A model generated the notes under the pieces. That model had not been told where the DNA came from. It did no database searches and saw only the letters and a program-made list of their open reading frames with translations. Positions 39,153-48,333 of a stretch of DNA of 64,000 nucleotides are shown here, piece by piece. A program made the translations under genes and the position numbers. The stretch is taken from NCBI GenBank assembly GCA_043819075.1, contig JBDRFE010000060.1:780-64779 (forward strand). Reading direction: 5' to 3'. Within the stretch, counting starts at the first letter, position 1, and every line of letters starts with the position of its first letter. Source of the stretch: an archaeon (GTDB taxonomy: Archaea > Iainarchaeota > Iainarchaeia > Iainarchaeales > 1-14-0-10-31-34).

Positions 39153-39710
39153 TTAAAGCTTGCTTTTGCTGAACACCATATTTTTTTCCTTTAACCCTGT
39201 TTTTTTCTTGTGTTCCAAAAAAATGTGAAGATAATTTTTTGTAATCCGGTTTTCTTCTTTTAACCCAAGCATTTTTTCTGTTTCCATAATGCCTTTTTCT
39301 GTTCCCTCTAATTCAAGAAAAAACCCAAGAAAAGGAAGTTCGTCCAAAAGGATTTCTGTTCTGTTGAATTCAAAGTACTCTCTTTTTTTTTCGTAAACAA
39401 AGACTGGAAGAAAGTTCATTGATTCAAGAAGCCTTTTAGTCCTGTTAAAATCTTTTACAATTAGTTCAGTTTCATTTCTTTCCTTGAATTTGCTTTTTTT
39501 TGCAGGAGCCTTGAAAGTTAAAGTGTTTTTTGAGTCTTTTCTCAGCCTTAAAAGAAAATCTTTTTTTTTCAGTTCCCCTTCAGTTGAATCAAATACAAGA
39601 TTAAATTCTTTTTCTTTTTTTTGGAACACAGCAGACTTTTTGAGCTTTAACTTGATTTTCCTGAGTGCAGCATTATTTTTTATTTTGTGTTTTACTTCTG
39701 TTTCAATCAT
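39153..39710 (-). CDS. CYTH-domain (triphosphate tunnel metalloenzyme / CyaB-like) protein
   Basis: N-terminal IETEVK and C-terminal ELPFLGFFLELE CYTH signatures. Confidence 0.5.
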   Translation of the reverse strand: MIETEVKHKIKNNAALRKIKLKLKKSAVFQKKEKEFNLVFDSTEGELKKKDFLLRLRKDSKNTLTFKAPAKKSKFKERNETELIVKDFNRTKRLLESMNFLPVFVYEKKREYFEFNRTEILLDELPFLGFFLELEGTEKGIMETEKMLGLKEENRITKNYLHIFLEHKKKTGLKEKNMVFSKSKL

Positions 39711-39722
39711 TTAAACCATAAA

Positions 39723-40094
39723 TCATTTGCTGAAAAAAGACTTTATTTTTTCAAGAAGTGTTTTTTCTTTGTGCTCGTTTTTGTCTGCTTCAAATAAAAT
39801 TCTTTGCTCTAAGATGAATGAATCAAACGGATGATTATGTATAAGTTTGGCTATTTGGTGTTTTTTGTGTTCATCGTATTCTATTTCACTTAACAATGCC
39901 AGTGCTTTCATTGAGCTTTGCATTGGAGTTGTCCCTGTTTCGTGTAAGAGGGCTGAAATTTCTATTACTTCTGTGTCTGTTTGCATTCCTGTGCTTAGCC
40001 TTAAAGCGTTTTCCCTTACGGTGTATGCGTGCAAAATTTTTTTTGGCTCAAAGTTTTCTTTTATATGCTGTTCTACTTTTGTCACAAAACCCAT
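39723..40094 (-). CDS. small HD-domain-like protein
   Basis: H...LLHE pattern; short; weak. Confidence 0.25.
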   Translation of the reverse strand: MGFVTKVEQHIKENFEPKKILHAYTVRENALRLSTGMQTDTEVIEISALLHETGTTPMQSSMKALALLSEIEYDEHKKHQIAKLIHNHPFDSFILEQRILFEADKNEHKEKTLLEKIKSFFSK

Positions 40095-40103
40095 TTTTTC
40101 ACC

Positions 40104-41453
40104 TCACATTGTGTTAAAGCCCCTTAAATCGCTTCTTTCAGTTATTTCTCCTCTCAAGTTTTCTGCAATTAATTTTTTTGTTTCTTCCATTGAATAATTG
40201 CCTAACAGCCATGCCAGTTTAATGAAAGCTGTTTCTGGGGTCATGTCTTCTGCCGGAATGACTCCTGCATTAAGCAAGTCTTTTCCTGTTGAATAAACAT
40301 TTAAGTCTGTTCTTCCGTAGAATGCCTGTGAAGCCATTACAACAACAGCTTTTTCTGTTAATTTTTTTATTGCTTCAAGGTTTTTTTTGTTTTCTTCCGT
40401 GTTTCCTTTGCTTCCGATTGGTGCATGGCCTAATCCTGTTCCCTCTAAAACAATTCCTTTGAATCCTTCTCTTTCATAAAACTCTATTTCTTTTGAATGA
40501 ATGTTTGGATGCAGTTTAATTAAAGCAGTTTTTTCTTCCATTTTTTCTTTTAAAATTAAATTTGTTTTCTCTTTTTTTCTTTCATAGTTTTCTTTCAAGT
40601 AAGTTATTTTTTTTGACTCAAAATTAATTCTTGCTATTGCAATATCATTTATTGGCTTAAATGCGTCTCTTCTGCTTGAATGCATTTTCCTGCTTTTTGT
40701 TCCTGAAAGAATTACGCAGTTGTCGTCTGAAGAGCTTTCATGCATGCATAATCCGACTCCGACAAAATCTGTTCTTGCAATGAATTCTGCTGCACAAATT
40801 AAGTTCATTGCTGCATCAGATGAACCTCGGTCAGAGCTTCTCTGCGAACCGACTAGAATAACAGGAATATTAAGGTTTTCCAGCATGAATGATAGCGCGG
40901 CTGAAGTGTAATGCATTGTGTCTGTTCCATGCCCTATGATTATTCCTTTTAATTCTTTTTTTTCTTTTATTTCTTTTTCTATTTCTTCTGCTATTTTTTT
41001 GTAGTTCCTGAAATTCATGTCTTCTGAAAACATTTCCATTATGTTTTTTGTTTCAATGTTTGCGGTTTCCATTAATTCAGGAATATTGGTTATCAGTTTT
41101 TCCTGTTCCATTGCCGGAGAAACCGCCCCAGTCCTGTAATCGATTCTTGAAGCAATTGTTCCCCCTGTATTTAGGATTGAAATCAAGGGAAGCGAGCCAT
41201 TTTTAATGAATTTTTTTTCTTCTCCGCTTTTTTGTTCTGTTTTTTCTGTTTCTTTTGCTGCTGAAAGCCTTTCAATTTTTTTTATTCTTTCTGTTCCTAC
41301 TCCGATATTGTATCCTGACTTTAATTTTATTGTCATGTTTTTTTCATTTTGCGAGGGAAGCATTATTCCTGAGTATTCTTCGTTTTCAGTGAAAACCCTT
41401 ATTTCATCCATTTCCCTTACTGAAAACTTTTCTTTTAACTCTTTTAAACCCAT
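40104..41453 (-). CDS. gatD: Glu-tRNA(Gln) amidotransferase subunit D
   Basis: Asparaginase-like domain (LISILNTGGTIAS) with GatD-type N-terminus. Confidence 0.85.
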   Translation of the reverse strand: MGLKELKEKFSVREMDEIRVFTENEEYSGIMLPSQNEKNMTIKLKSGYNIGVGTERIKKIERLSAAKETEKTEQKSGEEKKFIKNGSLPLISILNTGGTIASRIDYRTGAVSPAMEQEKLITNIPELMETANIETKNIMEMFSEDMNFRNYKKIAEEIEKEIKEKKELKGIIIGHGTDTMHYTSAALSFMLENLNIPVILVGSQRSSDRGSSDAAMNLICAAEFIARTDFVGVGLCMHESSSDDNCVILSGTKSRKMHSSRRDAFKPINDIAIARINFESKKITYLKENYERKKEKTNLILKEKMEEKTALIKLHPNIHSKEIEFYEREGFKGIVLEGTGLGHAPIGSKGNTEENKKNLEAIKKLTEKAVVVMASQAFYGRTDLNVYSTGKDLLNAGVIPAEDMTPETAFIKLAWLLGNYSMEETKKLIAENLRGEITERSDLRGFNTM

Positions 41454-41503
41454 TCAAATCACTTTAATTGTAATACAATAAAGTATTTAAAGTATTTAAG
41501 AAG

Positions 41504-42367
41504 TTACTTTTTCCTGAATTCCTGCAGAACGCTTTCCCTGAGTTTTTCCGCGATAAACCTGTCCTTAAAGAAAGTGAACTTGATTTTTGTTTTTGTTGTA
41601 ACCAGTTTCTGCAAATCTTTTGAATCAGTCTTGAAATCCCTGTACTTGGAAAAAAAAGCATTGAGTTTCCTGAGAATGTCTTTTGGGTATTCAACTTCAA
41701 TTATTAAGTCCCCCAAAACCGATAAGTCTTTTTCTGCTTGAGGAGACTTGTTTTCTTTAATAATGTATTTTCCTTCTGGGAATATTTGTTTGTAGCTTCT
41801 AACTGCCAATTGGTTTAAAGGAAAATCTTTGGTAAAAACCATAAATTCCTTTCCGCCTATTTTTTTCAGTTCTTTGTGGACTTTTGTTTCGCTTGCAAAA
41901 TTAAGCAGGAACCACCAGCCAAAAGGGGACTGCCCGGTTAAAATCTTTTTTTCCTCTTTTTCAATGTTATTTATCCACTCATACATTAAGTCAGCCCAAA
42001 AATTGTCTAATTCATATAAATCGGAAAAAAAGAATGAATTCTTTTTTTTATAATCTGCATTGAACCCTTTTCTCGTTCCCACTTTTGAGACATTCCTTGA
42101 AGTCAATGCATCAAAAAACTTTTTTGACTCAGAAATCCATTTCTTGTCCAGAAAAAAGCTTTTTCCCTCTTTTTTGATTATGCCTTCTTCTTCAAGGGAA
42201 TCAACTGCTTTTTTTACTGCCTGAAAAGAAACATCCACTGAAAATTCTTCTTTCAGCCTTTTCTTTATTTCAATTAACTGCAGGGGAAACTCTCTGCTAA
42301 GCAGTAGGACAGACAGTTCTTTTACTCCTTTCTTTTTAAGATTTGAAGGATTGAAAAACTTGCTCAT
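41504..42367 (-). CDS. hypothetical protein with N-terminal winged-helix domain
   Basis: wHTH-like N-terminus; remainder unassigned. Confidence 0.3.
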   Translation of the reverse strand: MSKFFNPSNLKKKGVKELSVLLLSREFPLQLIEIKKRLKEEFSVDVSFQAVKKAVDSLEEEGIIKKEGKSFFLDKKWISESKKFFDALTSRNVSKVGTRKGFNADYKKKNSFFFSDLYELDNFWADLMYEWINNIEKEEKKILTGQSPFGWWFLLNFASETKVHKELKKIGGKEFMVFTKDFPLNQLAVRSYKQIFPEGKYIIKENKSPQAEKDLSVLGDLIIEVEYPKDILRKLNAFFSKYRDFKTDSKDLQKLVTTKTKIKFTFFKDRFIAEKLRESVLQEFRKK

Positions 42368-42459
42368 CTGACATAACCAGGATAAACTATTTATTAAACC
42401 TTTTGGTTTAATTGGTTTTGAACTTTGGTTATATTAATTCATGAAAAGAATACTTTCTT

Positions 42460-43962
42460 ATGTATATAAAAAACTTTGATTCGCTGAAAAAGTATTCCTG
42501 GGTTTGGTTCTGGAGTGGCAACTGGCCTTTGTTTGACTGCTCTTCTGCTGAAGAAGGAAAAGAATTCAAAAAAGTTTTTTTAAAACTTACAGGAACTGTC
42601 CCGACTCTTTCTGCCCTTTTATTTAAAGGGCATAACCTTACGAAATATCAGGCAGAAGAACATTATTCAAGGCTTAGAAAAGTTTTTTTTAAAAATTATG
42701 ACAACAACCCTGCTTATGCTTCACAAATTTTTAATACATTTGATTCTGAGATAAAAGGCAAGAAAAAATTGATTGAACAAATTTCTGGAGAAAATTTTTC
42801 ACTCAAATCTAATGCTGAATTAATTGAATTGTTTGCCTTGGCAAAAAAAGCTTTGGGTTTTGTTCTTGCAATGGATTTCTGGTGCTGGTATACAGAGTAT
42901 TTTTTTACTCCAAGGCTTGAAAAACTTGTTTCTGAAAGGCTTTCAGACAAGAATATGGTTTCAGATGGTTTGATTAAAATTACAACTCCTTTTTTGCCTT
43001 CAAAAACTTTAGAGGAAGAAGAAAGTTTAGTTGAACTGGCTAAGATGGTTTTGCAGGAAAAAATAAATATCGAAAGCTTTAATGAAATTGATTTGCCTGA
43101 ATTTAATGAAAAACTGAACAATCATTTAGAAAAATTCTGCTGGATTCCTGTTTTAGTAAATAATGAACCTTTAACAAAAAAAGATGTTTTGAATGAAATA
43201 AAAAACAAGTCAAAAGAAGACTTGTCTAAATACAAGGGAATGAATTCAAAGCTTGAAAAAACTAAGGCTGATTTTTATTCAACTCTGACTAATCTTGAAC
43301 TTAATGCAACTGAATCAAGGTTTGTAAATGAAATGAATAAAACTGCTTTTTACAGGGCTGAATCAAATTTTCTTTTAAGTTATTTTTCCTTCAAGCTTAT
43401 TCCTTTTTACTCTGAAATGGCTGAAAGAATTGGCTTAACTTACGGGGAACTGAAAAATTTCACTGACGAAGAAGTTGAAAGATTCCTTAAATATAATTCA
43501 AAAGCAGACAGGCAGACATTAAATGAAAGAACTGCATTCTGTTATGTGCTGGAAGAAGAAAAATATTTTCTTGAATCAGGAGAAAATGCATTGAAAATAA
43601 AGTCAATAATTGAAGGAACTCCTTCAGATTCTTCTGGAGAAAAATTTTTTTCTGGAATGAGCGCTTCCTCTGGAACAGTTTTTGGGAAAGCAGTGGTTTT
43701 AAGTGATTCAAGCGAGATTTCAAGAATAGAAAAAGGAGACATTCTTGTTGCTCCTGCGACAAGCGTTGATTTTGTTCCTGCAATGAAAAAGGCTTCTGCA
43801 ATAATAACAGAGTTCGGCGGAATAACTTCTCATGCAGCCATTGTTTCAAGGGAGTTAGGCATTCCGTGCATTGTCGGGGTAAAAAACATCACTAAACTTC
43901 TTAAAGATGGGGACAAAATAAAGGTTGATGCTTTTAAGGGATTAATTGAAAAAGTTGATTGA
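42460..43962 (+). CDS. PEP-utilizing-enzyme mobile (swivel phosphohistidine) domain protein with uncharacterized N-terminal domain
   Basis: C-terminal GGITSHAAIVSRELGIPCIVG; N-terminal ~380 aa unlike the PPDK/PEPS ATP-grasp region. Confidence 0.55.
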   Translation: MYIKNFDSLKKYSWVWFWSGNWPLFDCSSAEEGKEFKKVFLKLTGTVPTLSALLFKGHNLTKYQAEEHYSRLRKVFFKNYDNNPAYASQIFNTFDSEIKGKKKLIEQISGENFSLKSNAELIELFALAKKALGFVLAMDFWCWYTEYFFTPRLEKLVSERLSDKNMVSDGLIKITTPFLPSKTLEEEESLVELAKMVLQEKINIESFNEIDLPEFNEKLNNHLEKFCWIPVLVNNEPLTKKDVLNEIKNKSKEDLSKYKGMNSKLEKTKADFYSTLTNLELNATESRFVNEMNKTAFYRAESNFLLSYFSFKLIPFYSEMAERIGLTYGELKNFTDEEVERFLKYNSKADRQTLNERTAFCYVLEEEKYFLESGENALKIKSIIEGTPSDSSGEKFFSGMSASSGTVFGKAVVLSDSSEISRIEKGDILVAPATSVDFVPAMKKASAIITEFGGITSHAAIVSRELGIPCIVGVKNITKLLKDGDKIKVDAFKGLIEKVD

Positions 43963-44310
43963 ATGCCACAAAAATTAATGAAAGGAAAAACATTAAGGGT
44001 TACCCTTGATTCAGATGACTTAAAACATTTGGAGTTTGAAAAAAGAGAAGACATTATTAATAAATGGATTAACTGGGAAATAGATGACATTAAACTCAAG
44101 GCAGAAATGAATTCTTACATTGGTTTGTGCCTGTTAAGCGTTTTAGGCGGCTTTTTTGTTTTTAACTGGTTTTTTTTGTTCTTGATTTTCTTTTTTCCTA
44201 AAGTGCTGAATATGCAGTTTGTTTACGGCGACTCAAGCTCTGACAAAAAAAGATGGAAGAAAAAAGTTGTCACAAGAATTGACGGCTTTGACATTGCAAA
44301 GGGCGGTTGA
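43963..44310 (+). CDS. small membrane protein, paralog 1
   Basis: Start abuts the preceding stop; one or two TM segments; KKVVTRIDGFDIAKG tail. Confidence 0.4.
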   Translation: MPQKLMKGKTLRVTLDSDDLKHLEFEKREDIINKWINWEIDDIKLKAEMNSYIGLCLLSVLGGFFVFNWFFLFLIFFFPKVLNMQFVYGDSSSDKKRWKKKVVTRIDGFDIAKGG

Positions 44311-44697
44311 ATGTTTAAACTAGTTAAAGGAAAACAGATTTTGTTTGATGTTGAAACAGACAAGTCTGACATAAAATTCAGGGAAGAAATCGGAAGAACT
44401 TACTTAAACATGAAAATAGATGAAGGAAAAACACTTGGAATCTTTTACTTTAATTTTGTTCTTTTGTTGCTGAACATGGTTTTTGCAGTTTTTGTATCAA
44501 ATATTTTTGTTATTGGAATACTTCTTTCCCTTTACTCCAGTTACCAGTCACACGAAAACTATTTAAGTGCATGGTCTAAAAGAAACAAGTTTGGAAGAAA
44601 AAAAGTAATAAGGATTGACATAGAAAAAAGGCCTGCAATAATTGACAAAGGGCCTCAGGTGCCATGGATTAAAGCAGACAAGACAGTAAAATTTTAA
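44311..44697 (+). CDS. small membrane protein, paralog 2
   Basis: Start abuts the preceding stop; same architecture (KKVIRIDIEKRPAIIDKG). Confidence 0.4.
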   Translation: MFKLVKGKQILFDVETDKSDIKFREEIGRTYLNMKIDEGKTLGIFYFNFVLLLLNMVFAVFVSNIFVIGILLSLYSSYQSHENYLSAWSKRNKFGRKKVIRIDIEKRPAIIDKGPQVPWIKADKTVKF

Positions 44698-45440
44698 TCT
44701 TTTAATTCAAATACAATCCTGTCCCTGTCTTTTCCTTTGTTTTCCCTTCCAGTTATTTTAATAAAGCCGATTTCTTTTGTGTTTTTTACGTGTGTTCCCC
44801 CGCAAGGGCATTTATCAATGCCGGGAATTTCTATTACACGGATTTCTTGTATTGTTTCAGGCAGCCTTGAAAATAAAACACGCCTCTTTTCATCCACTTC
44901 ACTTAAAACAGTTTCTCTTTCCTTAAAATAAATTTCAACTGGCAGTTCTTTTTCAACTATTTCATTGAATTTGTCTTCAAATCCTTTCAGGTTTTCTTCA
45001 GTAAATTTTACTGGAAAAAAATCCATTCTGCTTTTTTCAAAGCCAATCTGGTTGCCTACAGTTGAAGCCCCTAATTCATCTAAAATCAAGGCTGAAAGCA
45101 AATGCTGGGCTGAATGCATTCTCATAAACTTGTAACGCAGTTCCCAGTTCAAAACCAGTTTAACTTCAGTGCCTTTTTCCGGTGTTTCGCCTTCAATTAA
45201 ATGAATTATTTTTCCGTCTTTTTTTTTCACTTCTTTTACTTCAGCTTCTTTTCCCTGCCATTCAATTTTTCCTTTATCCGAGGGCTGGCCGCCTGATTCA
45301 GCATAAAAAATTGTTTTATCCAGTTCAACCCATTTTTCTTCTTTGCTTGAATCAATTACTTTTGCCTGAGCTTCTTTCAGATAAGAATCCCTTAAATAAA
45401 GCTGTTCTGAGTGCATTAAAGAAAGAAAAAGGGAAATCAA
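44694..45440 (-). CDS. alaX: AlaX-M type aminoacyl-tRNA(Ala) trans-editing protein
   Basis: TIFYAESGGQPSDKG, HSAQHLL (HxxxH) and CPCGGTH (CxxxH) zinc motifs. Confidence 0.75.
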   Translation of the reverse strand: MISLFLSLMHSEQLYLRDSYLKEAQAKVIDSSKEEKWVELDKTIFYAESGGQPSDKGKIEWQGKEAEVKEVKKKDGKIIHLIEGETPEKGTEVKLVLNWELRYKFMRMHSAQHLLSALILDELGASTVGNQIGFEKSRMDFFPVKFTEENLKGFEDKFNEIVEKELPVEIYFKERETVLSEVDEKRRVLFSRLPETIQEIRVIEIPGIDKCPCGGTHVKNTKEIGFIKITGRENKGKDRDRIVFELKD

Positions 45441-45476
45441 TTAATATTTAATCTTTTTTGATAAAATTTTAGTTTA

Positions 45477-46178
45477 ATGAAGATTGCAAGCTTGTTTTCT
45501 GGCGGAAAGGATTCCTGTTATTCAGTGAACTGGGCGTTTGAAGAAAAACATGAAGTAAAAGTATTGATTTCACTTGTTTCAGAAAACCAGTTTAGTTTCA
45601 TGTTTCACACCCCGAACATTAAGTTAACTTCTTTTCAGGGAATTGCAGCAGAAATTCCTGTAATGCACAAAGAAACCGCTGGAGTGGCAGAAGAAGAGAT
45701 TGAAGACTTAAAGAATGCTTTAATTAAAGCCAAAGAAAATTTTGGCATTCAAGGCATTACTACTGGAGCATTAGCTTCTTCTTACCAAAAAAAAAGAATT
45801 GAATCAGTTTGCTCTGAGCTAGAGCTTGAATGCTTTTCTCCTTTATGGCAGAAAAACCAGTCAGATTATGTGAAAGAATTAATTGAAAAAAAATTTGAAG
45901 TAATAATTGCTGCTGTTGCAGCCAAAGGCTTGGACAAGAACTGGCTTGGCAGGAAATTAGACAAAAAAACTTTAAAGGATTTAATGCAATTGGATAAAAC
46001 TTTTGGCTTGAATGTTGCAGGAGAAGGCGGGGAATACGAAACTTTTGTCTTGAACGCGCCTTTCTTTAAGCAAAAGCTTCAGGTAACTTCTTCTGAAAAG
46101 CACTGGGATAAAACAACAGGATATCTTGAAATAAAAGAAATTCAATTGGTAAAAAATAAACTTTTTCCAAAAGTTTAA
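45477..46178 (+). CDS. dph6: diphthine-ammonia ligase (MJ0570-family PP-loop ATPase)
   Basis: SGGKDS PP-loop and EGGEYETFVLNAPFF. Confidence 0.7.
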   Translation: MKIASLFSGGKDSCYSVNWAFEEKHEVKVLISLVSENQFSFMFHTPNIKLTSFQGIAAEIPVMHKETAGVAEEEIEDLKNALIKAKENFGIQGITTGALASSYQKKRIESVCSELELECFSPLWQKNQSDYVKELIEKKFEVIIAAVAAKGLDKNWLGRKLDKKTLKDLMQLDKTFGLNVAGEGGEYETFVLNAPFFKQKLQVTSSEKHWDKTTGYLEIKEIQLVKNKLFPKV

Positions 46179-46200
46179 TCAAAAACAGTCCTTCGGACAA

Positions 46201-46845
46201 TTATTTTTTCACTTTATTCCAGTCGTCTAAAAACTTTTGTATTCCTTTGTCTGTCAAAGGATGCTTTATCATTAAATCCAGCACACTGAAAGGAATTGTT
46301 GCAATGTCTGCCCCTGCTTTCGCTGATTCAATTACATGAATTGGGTTGCGAATGCTTGCTGAAATCAGTTTTGATTTAATTGAATGTTTTTTGAATATTT
46401 CTGCTGAATCTTTTATTACCTGCATTCCGTCATTGCCTGCGTCATCTAATCTGCCGACAAAAACGCTTACATAAGTGGCGCCGGCTTTTGCTGCAAGCAA
46501 TGCCTGGCTGGCAGAAAAAACCAATGTGCAGTTTGTCTTGATTCCTTTTTTTGTTAAAGTTTTAATTGCTTTTAATCCTTCTTCGCTCATTGCAACTTTT
46601 ATTACAATGTTTTTGTGGATTATGCTGTATTCAATGCCTTGTTTTATTATTCCTTCAGCTTTTTCGTCTGTTGTTTCAACACTAATCGGTCCGTCAACTA
46701 TTGAAACAATTTCTTTTATGATTTCTTTAAACGGTTTATTTTCTTTTGCTATTAAAGAAGGGTTTGTTGTTACTCCGTCAACTATTCCTAAAGCATAATA
46801 CTTTTTTATTTCCTGTGTGTTTGCTGTGTCAATAAAAATCTGCAT
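46201..46845 (-). CDS. transaldolase / fructose-6-phosphate aldolase (short type)
   Basis: [10 protein letters not shown]...[10 protein letters not shown]-terminus. Confidence 0.8.
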   Translation of the reverse strand: MQIFIDTANTQEIKKYYALGIVDGVTTNPSLIAKENKPFKEIIKEIVSIVDGPISVETTDEKAEGIIKQGIEYSIIHKNIVIKVAMSEEGLKAIKTLTKKGIKTNCTLVFSASQALLAAKAGATYVSVFVGRLDDAGNDGMQVIKDSAEIFKKHSIKSKLISASIRNPIHVIESAKAGADIATIPFSVLDLMIKHPLTDKGIQKFLDDWNKVKK

Positions 46846-46924
46846 TTTTTCACCTTTTAATATATCTTTGGTGCAACTAATTTTTAATTGTTTTTTTTTG
46901 GTTGTATACAGGCTAATATTTATT

Positions 46925-47070
46925 CAGCTCGACTGAACGAAGTGAATAACCGCTTCCGTGCGGTTGTGACGGCGCACGGCGTGAAGCCGTGCTAGCGCAA
47001 CTTTATGTTGTGCACCGTTGCTCACGGACGGAACCGTGACGTGGCAGCCGAGCGAAATCGGCTAACTGCA
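46925..47070 (+). ncRNA. GC-rich twin-hairpin structured element, copy C (stand-alone, oligo-T at 47081-47093)
   Basis: TTCAG-CTCGA-CTGAA; GCACGGC-GTGAA-GCCGTGC TA GCGCAAC-TTTAT-GTTGTGC; CACGG-ACGGAA-CCGTG; GCCGA-GCGAAA-TCGGC. Confidence 0.5.
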
Positions 47071-48044
47071 GTTTGTTCCTCTGCTTTTTTCTGTTGTGAA
47101 ATCTTTTGTCCCTAACTCAAAATTTTTTTGCTGAAAAACTTTTTTCCAAGCCTGCTTGCATTCAAATGCATATAAGCAATCAGAACAATAATGCCTTATA
47201 GTGCATTCAGTTATTGTTGTAGGAGAAACTGTTGTGTCATCAATAATTATTTCTTTTTTTGTGCTGTCAATCCTGCAGTCGTAAGCAGGCGTGCCTAAAA
47301 CATTTACTGTGAATTCCTGTTCAATGAAACCAAAATCCAGTCCAGTAATTTTTGCTTTAACAAAGTATTCTCCGGGAGAATCAAATTCAATTTCTGTTTC
47401 AAGTGTTTTTGTTTCTTTTGGTTCAATTCTTGTCCTTGTGCTAACAGCTTTTTTTATTTGCTCTTGTTTTATTGTTCCGTTGTCGTTGAATGCAATTGCT
47501 GCAACAGCTTCAATTACTGCAAAGCTTTCAGTTGTATTCCCTTTGTTGGTTACTTCAGCTGAAATTCTTAGTTTATCTGAATCAAAATAAAAGTTGTTGT
47601 TGTAGTTTAACCCATCTGATTGCACTTGCGCCGGAACACCTCCAACGTAAATGTCGCAGAAATAGGTTCCTTTCACGTTCTCGCATCTGGTGCTTGTTAT
47701 TGGATTAATTGTTTTGTTGAATTTAATGAAATCTTTTGTCCATTCACTTCTTGAATCGCATTTCTCGTTTTCTGCACAGCAAAATTCATATGAATTGCAT
47801 TCAAATTCTATTACAGTATTATTTGATTCAAAATCCTGTTTTGACAGTGAAATTCCTTTTTCAAGCTTTAAATCGTATTCAGAGTTATAAATTCCTAAAT
47901 TTTTTTTTTTGAGAGCTCTATTTGCCCGTTTAATTTTTCTACAATGCCTTGTTTGGGGAATGCAGCGGGAAAAAAAATGTTTGAAATAAAAAAAAACAAA
48001 TACAATAGTACAATAAAGCTTACAACTATTTTGAATGGATTCAT
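47062..48044 (-). pseudogene. secreted Cys-rich protein gene split by an A11 tract (signal-peptide ORF 47900-48044 plus body 47062-47900)
   Basis: ATG at 48044 encodes a hydrophobic signal peptide and stops just after T11 (plus 47900-47910); the body frame runs from the tract with no ATG; A12 would fuse them. Confidence 0.45.
47900..47910. repeat. T11/A11 homopolymer at frameshift site
   Basis: Counted directly. Confidence 0.8.
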
Positions 48045-48286
48045 TTTCTTCTCCTTGTAATTCCTGCTTCTTTTCTGTAAACTGAAAGCAATAGTTTTCT
48101 TAAAATATAGCCTATTCCCAAGGTAATCAAAATTAATACAAGGACTTCAGCGTAATCTCCTGTCTTGAAATAGTAGTCCCTGAATTCGCCTAAGTATTCC
48201 CCGAAAAAAACCATTCCATATGCAACTAAAACAAATCCTGTCAAAAACACTGCTGTCCGAAGCAAAAAGAAAACTGTTTTGTTCAT
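48041..48286 (-). CDS. small two-TM membrane protein
   Basis: ORF with 4-nt overlap onto the downstream signal-peptide ORF. Confidence 0.35.
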   Translation of the reverse strand: MNKTVFFLLRTAVFLTGFVLVAYGMVFFGEYLGEFRDYYFKTGDYAEVLVLILITLGIGYILRKLLLSVYRKEAGITRRRK

Positions 48287-48333
48287 TCAAATCTATTAGC
48301 TCTTTGCATTTAATAATTTTAATGTTTTTTGCT

